Made by a program: the position numbers and the translations under genes. A DNA stretch of 64,000 bases, from the IMG/VR virus record IMGVR_UViG_3300017766_003100, positions 1 through 64,000 of that record; one strand, given 5' to 3'. A model generated the notes under the pieces. It was not told the origin of the DNA, did not search any database, and was given only the letters and a program-made list of their open reading frames with translations. Shown here piece by piece: positions 18,915 through 27,987 of the stretch; within the stretch, counting starts at the first letter, position 1; each line of letters starts with the position of its first letter. Source of the stretch: a virus (Duplodnaviria; Caudoviricetes).

Positions 18915-19061
18915 ATGGGTTTAGTAATAAGAAAAAGACAAGGTAACAAAATATTGGCAGGTTCAAAATTAAATGTACCTGGTCAAGGAATTGCGTCAGT
19001 GAAAATTCAACCCCAAGACAAACCCACAATCAAACAGAACAATTCGAATATTGATAGTTAA
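18915..19061 (+). CDS. Small basic hypothetical protein
   Basis: MGLVIRKRQGNKILAGS...; TATTTAT at 18895-18901, 20 nt upstream, favours this start over 18873. Confidence 0.5.
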   Translation: MGLVIRKRQGNKILAGSKLNVPGQGIASVKIQPQDKPTIKQNNSNIDS

Positions 19062-19098
19062 CTATTTAGTTATTATCAGTAGGCTTTAAATTAATTTT

Positions 19099-21843
19099 AT
19101 GGAAGAAAATAATAAAAATTTAACAGTTTGGCAGAGGTTATCTCACGCGTTTGGTCCTAACGCATTATTAAATCAAGATTATCCAACATATAAGTTTGAT
19201 AAAAAAGAATTATTAAGAACCACGTCAAAACAAGAATATGAGAAAGAGTTACTTCAAGCTCAACAAACATTCTATTTAGCAAATCAATGGACAAAAATTG
19301 AAGGTAATTTATACACTCAAGCCGTATATTATGAACCAACAAGATTGGCATCATTTTATGATTACGAATCTATGGAATATTGTATACATGGGGATACAAA
19401 AATCGCAACACCTAACGGGTTTATCACAATCAAAGAATTGGCTGATAAGGGTAGGGATTATGAATTTATAACTTATGCTTATGACCATAACTTAAAAAAA
19501 GTTGTCCCAGCTTTAGCAAGAAATGCTCATTACACTCGTGATGAAATGACCTACAAAATTACTTTTGACGATGGGTCTCACATTATTGCAACTTGGGAAC
19601 ATCAATTTATGAAAAGAGATGGTTCGTTTGAAAGGGTTATGAATTTAAAACCTAATGACTCAATGCTGCCTTTTTATCGTAAATCATTCTATAATAATGA
19701 AAAATATAATTGGGTTTACACTTGTAATTCTGATGAAGGACACAATGGGTGGATTTCTGAACACAATCTTATTGCTGAATGGTTTTATGACACCAAAGTG
19801 AAAGAAGATGAAGAAGTTCATCATATTGATTTTAATGGTAAAAATAATTTACCAGAAAATCTACAGATTATGACTATATCAGAACATAGAGCGTATCACA
19901 CAAGATTAAATAATGAGAAACTATGGTCTAATCCTCAATATAGACAAAAAATGTCTGAGGTTGCAAAAAGAAAAGGTAAATTGGTTTGGGCTGGAAGAAG
20001 AAGTGGTAACAATAATCCAGCTTATATCAAAATAGGATGGGATAATATTATAGAAACTGCTCGTAAAATTAAAACATTAAAAGGTACTGCTAAGGAATTA
20101 AATGTTTCTTATAGAAAACTACAAAGAGATATTGTTGCAAATGGTTATAAAGACTGGAGTACATTCTTAGAAGCGTACGGTATTCAAAAATCAATATATT
20201 CAACAGCAAGAACAAAGAATGATAAACTACAATTAAATCACAAAGTTGTTTCAGTAGAACCTTATGGTATTGTACCCGTTTATGATTTAACTGTACCTGG
20301 TTACAAGAATTTCGCCACAGATTCAATATTCTCACATAACACACCCGAAATATCTGCCGCATTGGACATATATGGTGAAGAATCAACAACTGTTGATGAA
20401 GATGGTTATATGTTACAAATATATTCTGAATCAAAACGTATCAAGGGTATCTTAGCTGATTTATTCAACAATGTTTTAGATATTAATACAAACTTACCTA
20501 TGTGGACAAGAAACACTTGTAAGTATGGTGATAACTTTGTTTATTTGAAACTTGACCCTGACAAAGGAATTGTTGGTTGTATGCAATTACCAAACATTGA
20601 AATTGAACGTTTGGAACGAGGTATGCCCGCACAAGCAAGTAGACAAAATGTTGATGAACCAGCCGAAAACAAAGGTCTAAGATTCAAATGGAAAGCAAAG
20701 GATATGGAGTTTAATTCTTGGGAAATTGCTCACTTCCGTTTATTGGGTGATGATAGAAAACTTCCATATGGCACATCAATGTTAGAGAAAGCAAGGCGTA
20801 TTTGGAAACAATTATTGTTATCAGAAGATGCTATGTTAATTTATAGAACTTCACGTGCACCTGAGAGAAGGGTATTCAAAGTTTTTGTTGGTAATATGGA
20901 TGATAAGGATGTTGAAGCTTATGTACAACGTGTTGCTAACAAATTCAAACGTAGTCAAGTTGTGGACTCTCAGACAGGTAATGTGGATATGAGATTCAAT
21001 CAAATGGCGGTTGACCAAGATTATTTTATTCCTGTAAGAGACCCAGCACAAGGTAGTCCAATTGAAACATTGGCGGGTGGAACAAATTTAGGTGAAATTG
21101 CTGATATTGAATATATCCAAAAGAAATTATTAACCGCTCTTCGTGTACCAAAAGCATTCTTAGGTTTTGAAGAACCAGTTGGTGATGGTAAAAATTTATC
21201 GTTAATTGATATTCGTTTTGCAAGAACAATTAACAGAATACAAAAATCAATGGTGGCCGAATTGAATAAAATTGCCATTATACATTTGTTTTTATTGGGA
21301 TTTGAAGACGAATTAAATAATTTCACTTTAAGTCTAACTAATCCATCTAGTCAAGCTGATTTATTAAAAATTGATATTTGGAAAGAAAAAATTGCATTAT
21401 ACAAAGAATGTGTTACACCTATTGGTGGTACTGCACCAACATCAATAACTTGGGCTAAAAAACATATCTTAGGTTTCTCTGATGAAGAAATTAAAAATGA
21501 TTTACAACAACAAAGAATTGAAAAAGCTGTTGATGCTGAACTTACGAATACTGCGACAATCATAACTAAAACAGGTGTGTTTGATATGATTGATAAATTA
21601 TACACTCAAAAAAGTGGTACTACTGCAGGTGGCGGAGCTGCAACACCACCACCTCCTGGAGGAGCACCTCCACCTCCAGGTGGCGAACCAACAGGATTAC
21701 CTGAGAGTGAAAAGAAAGATAATATGAAAATATTATTAGAAAGTGATAATTTTTTAGATGAAGAAAGTTTTATTGATTTATCTAAAGCAAGAAATTACTT
21801 GGGTGAAATTGAGAAACATTTGAGTAAACTAATAGATGACTAA
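19099..21843 (+). CDS. gp20: Portal protein (T4 gp20-like) containing an intein
   Basis: PEISAALDIYGEES; KYGDNF; YGTSMLEKARRIWKQL; EDAMLIYRTSRAPERRVF; QDYFIPVR; located between terminase and protease. Confidence 0.95.
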   Translation: MEENNKNLTVWQRLSHAFGPNALLNQDYPTYKFDKKELLRTTSKQEYEKELLQAQQTFYLANQWTKIEGNLYTQAVYYEPTRLASFYDYESMEYCIHGDTKIATPNGFITIKELADKGRDYEFITYAYDHNLKKVVPALARNAHYTRDEMTYKITFDDGSHIIATWEHQFMKRDGSFERVMNLKPNDSMLPFYRKSFYNNEKYNWVYTCNSDEGHNGWISEHNLIAEWFYDTKVKEDEEVHHIDFNGKNNLPENLQIMTISEHRAYHTRLNNEKLWSNPQYRQKMSEVAKRKGKLVWAGRRSGNNNPAYIKIGWDNIIETARKIKTLKGTAKELNVSYRKLQRDIVANGYKDWSTFLEAYGIQKSIYSTARTKNDKLQLNHKVVSVEPYGIVPVYDLTVPGYKNFATDSIFSHNTPEISAALDIYGEESTTVDEDGYMLQIYSESKRIKGILADLFNNVLDINTNLPMWTRNTCKYGDNFVYLKLDPDKGIVGCMQLPNIEIERLERGMPAQASRQNVDEPAENKGLRFKWKAKDMEFNSWEIAHFRLLGDDRKLPYGTSMLEKARRIWKQLLLSEDAMLIYRTSRAPERRVFKVFVGNMDDKDVEAYVQRVANKFKRSQVVDSQTGNVDMRFNQMAVDQDYFIPVRDPAQGSPIETLAGGTNLGEIADIEYIQKKLLTALRVPKAFLGFEEPVGDGKNLSLIDIRFARTINRIQKSMVAELNKIAIIHLFLLGFEDELNNFTLSLTNPSSQADLLKIDIWKEKIALYKECVTPIGGTAPTSITWAKKHILGFSDEEIKNDLQQQRIEKAVDAELTNTATIITKTGVFDMIDKLYTQKSGTTAGGGAATPPPPGGAPPPPGGEPTGLPESEKKDNMKILLESDNFLDEESFIDLSKARNYLGEIEKHLSKLIDD
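19381..20340 (+). mobile_element. Intein (320 aa) with HNH endonuclease in the portal
   Basis: Block A CIHGDTKIATPNG after MEY; C-terminal VYDLTVPGYKNF...IFSHN followed by +1 Thr; internal EVHHIDFNGKNNLPENL. Confidence 0.93.
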
Positions 21844-21850
21844 TATTTAT
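21844..21850 (+). promoter_or_regulatory. TATTTAT putative late promoter
   Basis: 21 nt before ATG 21865. Confidence 0.6.
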
Positions 21851-21864
21851 ATAAAAAAACAACT

Positions 21865-22581
21865 ATGAAATTCGGAATTATTAAATCAAAAATAGATTAC
21901 GTTTTAACAGAATCTTTCAAAAATGAAATTCTTTTTAAGGAAGAAATGAAATATTTCAAAAAAAATATTTTGGAAAATAAAACATTGAGTAAATTGTTTT
22001 ATTTGTACGATGAATTAAGTTCAAAGAAAAATATTGATAAAAAAATTGTTGATGATTATATCAATGGTTCAATAACTATTTACGAAAATCTAATTAATAA
22101 AATTAAATCAAATGATTTAAAAAAATTAAATTATTGGTTGGATGGAATTTCAGTTGAGAATACTTACGAAAATATTGATAATGTTTTCTCAACTGACATT
22201 TTGAAACTTGAGAGTAAAATCAAAAGTAAACAAATTCTAACTGAGTCTTTAACTCAGACTGAGAAAAAACAAAATGAGGTGATTAATATCCCAGTAAGTT
22301 CAATGATTAAATTGGCTAACAAAACATTGAATAACTATTTGAATACCTTAGATGAAGGTAGTAAAAAAGAATTAGTTAAATTATTATCTGAGGATGATAA
22401 TACATTAGAACAAGAATATAACACAATAAAAGAACAAGTGATTGGAAAACTTACCAATCACCAAAAAGTATCAGACAATGAAACATCATCTAAAATAGAT
22501 GAAACCATTACAAAAATAAAAAATGAAAAATACGATAAATTGACTTTTTTCAAATTGAAGGATTTGAATGAAAATCTTTAA
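21865..22581 (+). CDS. Head-module hypothetical protein
   Basis: Between portal and protease; helical; LTE motifs. Confidence 0.75.
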   Translation: MKFGIIKSKIDYVLTESFKNEILFKEEMKYFKKNILENKTLSKLFYLYDELSSKKNIDKKIVDDYINGSITIYENLINKIKSNDLKKLNYWLDGISVENTYENIDNVFSTDILKLESKIKSKQILTESLTQTEKKQNEVINIPVSSMIKLANKTLNNYLNTLDEGSKKELVKLLSEDDNTLEQEYNTIKEQVIGKLTNHQKVSDNETSSKIDETITKIKNEKYDKLTFFKLKDLNENL

Positions 22582-22772
22582 TCGTTATCCTCTTTTTTGT
22601 ATTTTTGTACATAGATAGCTTTATTGACCTGATTTCTGTTTTTTACAGATTTCTTTGTAAACTCTTTCCTATTTTTTAATTCAGTCATCAATTTAGTTTT
22701 GATGACTTTACTTTTGAAAAGTTTTAAGGCTTTTTCAATAGGTGTTTTATTATCTACATTTACTATTAACAT
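22578..22772 (-). CDS. rpsU: 30S ribosomal protein bS21
   Basis: MLIV...IEKALKLFKSK...ELKNRKEFTKKSVKNR...KAIY matches the bS21 pattern (Bacteroidota-like start MLI). Confidence 0.88.
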   Translation of the reverse strand: MLIVNVDNKTPIEKALKLFKSKVIKTKLMTELKNRKEFTKKSVKNRNQVNKAIYVQKYKKEDND

Positions 22773-22859
22773 AAATTTTATTTGGAAAATTATTTTTTGA
22801 CTATTAATATATAATTATTTATTCTTTTACTAAAAAATAAATAATAAAAAAAATTATGA

Positions 22860-23312
22860 ATGAAAAAAGGTAAAACGTCAAAAATTCAAGGGTTTAAGAC
22901 AACTAAAGTAATGTATGGTACAACAGATTCATTTGAACTAAAATCAATTTACTTAAATTTACAAACTTGGGTTGAACCCAAAGAAGAACTTGAGAATTGG
23001 GAACGAATAGTATTAAATCTATCTAGACAAATTAAACATACAATTTTCAACAATATTAATACAAAAACATTTAAAAAGAATTTTATAGTTGATTTAGACT
23101 TACGTGCAAGTGGGTTAACCCCAAATAAAAAATCATTCTTAAATTTAGAAATAAATTTATTCTTAGAAGAGAAAGATTTGGATTTCAAATCAAATTACCT
23201 TAGAGATAATCTTAAGGATTTATCAAAAAAAATAATAATATCAAACTTTAATAATAATCCATATTTCACATTCAGTTTAACTAAAAAAGGTATAATTGAC
23301 GAAATTATTTAA
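22860..23312 (+). CDS. Hypothetical protein
   Basis: 150-aa ORF in head module. Confidence 0.7.
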   Translation: MKKGKTSKIQGFKTTKVMYGTTDSFELKSIYLNLQTWVEPKEELENWERIVLNLSRQIKHTIFNNINTKTFKKNFIVDLDLRASGLTPNKKSFLNLEINLFLEEKDLDFKSNYLRDNLKDLSKKIIISNFNNNPYFTFSLTKKGIIDEII

Positions 23313-23330
23313 TAATTGACAATTCATCAA

Positions 23331-23337
23331 TATTTAT
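23331..23337 (+). promoter_or_regulatory. TATTTAT putative late promoter (protease)
   Basis: 22 nt before ATG 23353. Confidence 0.6.
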
Positions 23338-23352
23338 TAATAAAAATAAAAG

Positions 23353-24072
23353 ATGAATTTGAGATTAATTAAACCTGGTGAAGTAGGTAAAGGTATTTTA
23401 ATAGAAAATGATGGATGGGTATCACCAAAAACTGAAATGAATTCCTATATAATGGAACAAAAAAGTTTTTTAGACCATTCTAAACCATTTGAATTTTATG
23501 CCGTATTACAAAAATACAATACACCAAATCGTAATGGTAGAATTTACCCTGAAAAAATATTAAAAAGGGAAGCTGAGAACTATAAAAAAATGATTCAAAA
23601 AGGGACTTCACTTTCCGAATTGAACCACCCTGAATCTTCTTTAATTGATTTAGATAGAGTTTCTCATATTATCACAGAAGTATGGTGGGAAGGTCCAATA
23701 TTGATGGGTAAACTTAAATTGTTGACATCACCAGGATTCCACGAGAGAGGAATTGTTTCAACTAAGGGTGATATGGCCGCAAATTATTTAAGACAAGGTG
23801 TAACCCTTGGTATATCTTCCCGTGGTGTTGGTTCATTAAAAAAGGTTGGGGAACAAAATGAGGTTCAAGATGATTTTGAATTAATTTGTTTTGACTTGGT
23901 TTCTTCACCATCAACACCTGGGGCATATCTTTTCTTAAACAAAGAAGATAGAGATATGTATTCAGAAAACTTGGAAGAAGACAAAAGAGTTGCAATGGAA
24001 AGAAATGTTGGAGACTTTGGTAACAAATCACTTGACTTAATGAAAAGATTAAACGATTATTTGGGTTATTAA
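23353..24072 (+). CDS. gp21: Prohead protease (T4 gp21-like)
   Basis: NRNGRIYP; ELNHP; ISSRGVGS; FDLVSSPSTPGA. Confidence 0.93.
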   Translation: MNLRLIKPGEVGKGILIENDGWVSPKTEMNSYIMEQKSFLDHSKPFEFYAVLQKYNTPNRNGRIYPEKILKREAENYKKMIQKGTSLSELNHPESSLIDLDRVSHIITEVWWEGPILMGKLKLLTSPGFHERGIVSTKGDMAANYLRQGVTLGISSRGVGSLKKVGEQNEVQDDFELICFDLVSSPSTPGAYLFLNKEDRDMYSENLEEDKRVAMERNVGDFGNKSLDLMKRLNDYLGY

Positions 24073-24098
24073 GTTAAACCAAAAAAAATTTTTAAAAA

Positions 24099-24314
24099 AT
24101 GGAAGATGGACAAAAATATTTCGTAGCAAAAATTGCTGAAGATTTAGTTGACGAAGACTCAGGTAAAGTAAAGAAAATTAAACTTGAGAAATTAGTTATG
24201 GGCTACAATCCAACCGATGTTGAAGCAAAAGTTACAAAAATTTATGAACACTATACAATGGATTGGAGAATTACAGCTATTGTAGAAAGTAAAATAGATG
24301 AAGTAATTGAGTAA
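24099..24314 (+). CDS. Small hypothetical protein
   Basis: 71-aa ORF. Confidence 0.7.
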   Translation: MEDGQKYFVAKIAEDLVDEDSGKVKKIKLEKLVMGYNPTDVEAKVTKIYEHYTMDWRITAIVESKIDEVIE

Positions 24315-24334
24315 CTAAAACAAGAAAATTTTAA

Positions 24335-24370
24335 AATAAGGGTATCCATTTTGGGTATCCTTATTTTTTT
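24335..24370 (+). terminator. Intrinsic terminator
   Basis: aataagggtatcc/atttt/gggtatccttatt plus T-run. Confidence 0.75.
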
Positions 24371-24460
24371 TATCAATACTATGATATTTATTGTTAACGT
24401 AAAAACAAATTTTTTGTGTGTGTGAAATACACCACAAAAGATTTTTTTAAAAAATTAACA

Positions 24461-24467
24461 TATTTAT
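24461..24467 (+). promoter_or_regulatory. TATTTAT putative late promoter (scaffold-capsid operon)
   Basis: 22 nt before ATG 24483; second copy at 24385-24391. Confidence 0.6.
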
Positions 24468-24482
24468 ATATAAAAAAACAAA

Positions 24483-25982
24483 ATGACAGAAAAAAAATCA
24501 TTAGTTGAAGAAGCAATACTACAAATGAAAAATTTGGAAGAAGCTGTTGCTGAAAATGCAAAAGGAATACTTGCCTCTACTATGAGACAAGAAATCAAAG
24601 ATTTGGTAAAAGAATCTCTCAAAGAACAAGACGATGAAGAGATTGAAGATGAAGAAGGTGATGAAATGGACATAGAAGACGATGAAATGAACATTGAAGA
24701 CGATGAAATGGAAATGGAAGATGATGAAATGGACATAGAAGACGATGAAATGGGCATGGAAGAAGATGAAATGGATATGTCAGAACCTAATATGGAGGTG
24801 GATACAATAGACCTCACAAATCAACCAACTTCACAAGTTCTTAAAGTTTTCAAACTATTAAGTCCTGAAGATGAAATCGTAGTTACCAAAGATAACGCGG
24901 GTAACATAAACCTAAAAGACAATGAAAAAGAATATATGATTGTTGGTGAAGGTATGGACGAGTTTGATGAAGACTTATATGAGATGGATGATGAAAACTT
25001 ATATGAGATGGATGACGAGTTATATGAAATGGATGATGAAGTCTATGAAATGGATAACGAGTTATATGAAATGGATGATGAGTTTGAAATGGATAAATCT
25101 GACATTGAAAGTGTTTTCGAAAAAGAATTTAGTGAAGGAACAATCTACGAATTAGAAATTGAAGACGATTCTGATTACGAAGATTTAGGAGCTATGGATG
25201 AAGAATTTTATGAAGGTGACGAAGAATTTATGATGGAATCTAAAAAATCAAGAAAACCAAAAGGAATGGGTATGGGTTCTGCTTCTAAATTCAAATTCCC
25301 TAAACAAACTACTGATTTCAAACAACCTAAACAAAAAGAAGGTACTAAAGGTATTGGTATGGGTAAAGGTCCTAAAAAGGATATTTATAAATCTGATTCT
25401 CCAAGTTTTGATGGTGAATTCACTAAGAAACCTACAAAGTCTAAAGAGACAAAAGAAGGTATGATGACAAAACCTAAAAAGGTTGAAACCAAAGAAGCTT
25501 CACGTACTTTAGGTAATGGAAAATATTGGGGAAGAGAAGGTCTACCAAAACCAAAAGCAGCACCTCGTCACATCAGAAAAGAATCTGTTGAAACAGAAGA
25601 ATTAAATTTACTTAGAGAAAAAAATGAAGAGTACAGAAAAGCATTAAACATTTTTAGAAATAAACTTAATGAAGTTGCAATCTTCAATTCAAACTTGGCG
25701 TACGCAACTAGATTATTTACTGAACATTCAACTTCAAAACAAGAAAAAGTTAACATTCTAAAAAGATTTGATGGTGTAGAAACTCTTAAAGAATCTAAAA
25801 ATCTTTACAAAGTAATTAAAGACGAATTATCAAACACTAAGACTCAACAAGTTAATGAATCTGTTGAAAGAACAATACAAAAATCACCATCAACAGGTTC
25901 AGCAGTTAATTTGATTGAATCAAAAACTTACGAAAATCCTCAATTCTTGAGAATGAAGGATTTGATGTCAAAATTAAAATAA
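24483..25982 (+). CDS. Prohead core/scaffolding protein
   Basis: Directly upstream of MCP; highly acidic; coiled-coil C-terminal half ending FLRMKDLMSKLK. Confidence 0.8.
   Translation: MTEKKSLVEEAILQMKNLEEAVAENAKGILASTMRQEIKDLVKESLKEQDDEEIEDEEGDEMDIEDDEMNIEDDEMEMEDDEMDIEDDEMGMEEDEMDMSEPNMEVDTIDLTNQPTSQVLKVFKLLSPEDEIVVTKDNAGNINLKDNEKEYMIVGEGMDEFDEDLYEMDDENLYEMDDELYEMDDEVYEMDNELYEMDDEFEMDKSDIESVFEKEFSEGTIYELEIEDDSDYEDLGAMDEEFYEGDEEFMMESKKSRKPKGMGMGSASKFKFPKQTTDFKQPKQKEGTKGIGMGKGPKKDIYKSDSPSFDGEFTKKPTKSKETKEGMMTKPKKVETKEASRTLGNGKYWGREGLPKPKAAPRHIRKESVETEELNLLREKNEEYRKALNIFRNKLNEVAIFNSNLAYATRLFTEHSTSKQEKVNILKRFDGVETLKESKNLYKVIKDELSNTKTQQVNESVERTIQKSPSTGSAVNLIESKTYENPQFLRMKDLMSKLK
24660..24785 (+). 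repeat. Six in-frame 21-nt units (DEMDIED-like)
   Basis: GATGAAATGGACATAGAAGAC and variants in tandem. Confidence 0.9.
24975..25094 (+). repeat. Five in-frame LYEMDDE units plus a partial unit
   Basis: TTATATGAR ATGGATGAY GAR tandem array. Confidence 0.9.
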
Positions 25983-26016
25983 AATAAACCAAAAAAAAAA
26001 ACAAAACAAATACAAA

Positions 26017-27879
26017 ATGGGAGCATTATTAGAAAGCGGTCTTGTTGGTAACATTGGTTTGAAACACCTTAAAGTTATCAAAGAAGATACTATTAACAAA
26101 TGGGATAGATTAGGATTCCTTGAAGGTCTTAAAGGCCACCTAAAAGAAAACGTAGCTCAGTTATATGAAAACCAAGCTTCTCACCTTATTAACGAAGCAA
26201 CTTCTGATGGGTCATCTGGTTCATTCGAAACTGTTGTATTCCCTATCGTAAGAAGAGTTTTCTCTAAATTGTTAGCTAACGATATCGTATCTGTACAAGC
26301 TATGAACTTACCTATCGGTAAATTGTTCTACTTCGTACCTAAAATCCAAGGTTATTCTGGTGCGACATTTACAGGACCTAATGGTTCACAAGATTATTCG
26401 GGAGAGCATTATTCACCTGTAGGTGGTCCTGGTAACTACCCTGGTAACCCTAACGCAGGTTACATTGGTTCAGGTTCTTTCACTAAAAACCTTTACGATT
26501 TATTCTATGAAGGTAGCGAACCTGGTTTAGAACCTGGTGGTTTATTTGATTACTCTAAAGGTCGTTGGACTGCTATTACTCAAGATACTTCATTATTGAA
26601 ATGGTCTAATGGTGCTTTAGAAAATTATGAAATCACTGAAACTACTCCAAATGTAAGAAAAATGATTATGAAAGTTTGTGGATGGAGTACTTATCCTGGT
26701 TATGGTAAACTTATCGGACCTGATGGTGCTGAGGTTGATTCTGAAACTTTCTTATCCGACCTTAAAATCGTTAGAAATACTATTTCAGCCGATACTAACA
26801 CTTGTGATACTATGGGTATTGGTACTGAGACTTATCCAAACTTATTATTTAGACTTGTAACACAACAATATGGTAAAGGTATTGTTAACCCAACATCAAC
26901 AAGAGTTCAAACTACATTCAACGGAGCTTCTCCTAACGCAAATGGTGGTTCTTATGATAGTATTTGTGACCAAAATGGTTGTATCTATTTAGAAGTTGAC
27001 TTATCTTGTCCTGCTTGTGCAACATGTGGTGATTCTTCTTTAGATGGTTACACTGGAACAACTATTTTCTCAGCTTCTTCTGCTGATTCATTTACAGCTG
27101 TTTGGAGAAGATACGAAGAACTTGAATTCGAAGATAAAATCGGTGAAGTTTCTTTCGACCTTGAATCAGTTACTGTTTCTGTTTCTGAAAGAAAACTTAG
27201 AGCTCAATGGTCTCCTGAGTTAGCTCAAGACGTTGCGGCATTCCATAACATCGATGCTGAAGCTGAATTAACTGCTCTTCTTTCTGAGCAAGTTGCAGCT
27301 GAAATCGATAGAGAAATCCTTCGTGACCTTAGAAAAGGTGCAGCTTGGAACTTGAGATGGGATTACAACGGATGGAGAAGAATTGCTCAAACAACTTCTT
27401 ACACTCAAAAAGACTGGAATCAAACGTTGATTACAGCTATCAACCAACTTTCAGCTCAAATCCACAAATCAACTCTTAGAGGTGGTGCTAACTGGATTGT
27501 TGTTTCTTCTGAGGTTTCTGCAATCTTTGATGACTTGGAATACTTCCACGTATCAAATGCTTCTCCTGAGCAAGACCAATACAACATGGGTATTGAAAGA
27601 GTAGGTACATTAGCTGGTAGATACCAAGTATATCGTGACCCTTACTTCCCACCTAACCAAGTGTTAATCGGACATAAAGGTACTTCACTTCTTGATACTG
27701 GTTACATCTACGCTCCGTATGTTCCACTTCAATTAACTCCAACAATGTATAATCCATTCAACTTTACTCCTATCAAGGGTATTATGACTAGATACGCTAA
27801 AAAAATGGTGAACAACCGCTTCTATGCGAGAATTACAGTTGATGGTGTTAGAACATTTGACTTACAAGAATTGAGATAG
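26017..27879 (+). CDS. gp23: Major capsid protein (T4 gp23-like)
   Basis: VQAMNLPIGKLFY; RKLRAQWSPELAQD; EIDREI; YAPYVPL; PIKGIMTRY; probable cleavage at LINE|A (residue 60). Confidence 0.96.
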   Translation: MGALLESGLVGNIGLKHLKVIKEDTINKWDRLGFLEGLKGHLKENVAQLYENQASHLINEATSDGSSGSFETVVFPIVRRVFSKLLANDIVSVQAMNLPIGKLFYFVPKIQGYSGATFTGPNGSQDYSGEHYSPVGGPGNYPGNPNAGYIGSGSFTKNLYDLFYEGSEPGLEPGGLFDYSKGRWTAITQDTSLLKWSNGALENYEITETTPNVRKMIMKVCGWSTYPGYGKLIGPDGAEVDSETFLSDLKIVRNTISADTNTCDTMGIGTETYPNLLFRLVTQQYGKGIVNPTSTRVQTTFNGASPNANGGSYDSICDQNGCIYLEVDLSCPACATCGDSSLDGYTGTTIFSASSADSFTAVWRRYEELEFEDKIGEVSFDLESVTVSVSERKLRAQWSPELAQDVAAFHNIDAEAELTALLSEQVAAEIDREILRDLRKGAAWNLRWDYNGWRRIAQTTSYTQKDWNQTLITAINQLSAQIHKSTLRGGANWIVVSSEVSAIFDDLEYFHVSNASPEQDQYNMGIERVGTLAGRYQVYRDPYFPPNQVLIGHKGTSLLDTGYIYAPYVPLQLTPTMYNPFNFTPIKGIMTRYAKKMVNNRFYARITVDGVRTFDLQELR

Positions 27880-27900
27880 TAAATCTTAATAAAAAATGAC

Positions 27901-27934
27901 GAGAGGGACAAGTTTTTTGTCCCTCTTTTTTTTT
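27901..27934 (+). terminator. Intrinsic terminator after MCP
   Basis: agagggacaa/gtttt/ttgtccctct plus long T-run. Confidence 0.85.
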
Positions 27935-27987
27935 ATTTTTAAATTAAATAATTGATTTAATGTTTATATTCATTATATTTATAATAT

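Noticed and set aside
24412-24439. Hairpin ttttgtg...cacaaaa upstream of the scaffold as a structured ncRNA
   Set aside because: A single short stem of low complexity with no further structure; at most a local regulatory hairpin
24464-24817. Antisense and alternate-frame ORFs in the track (for example 24464-24817, 3616-3894, 13781-14203, 15551-15841, 48157-48600)
   Set aside because: Ser/Phe/Ile-rich shadows of acidic or Lys-rich genes on the other strand, without start context or promoter
24660-25094. CRISPR-like direct repeats
   Set aside because: Units are 21 nt, in frame, have no unique spacers and encode acidic scaffold repeats; no CRISPR array was seen anywhere in the window
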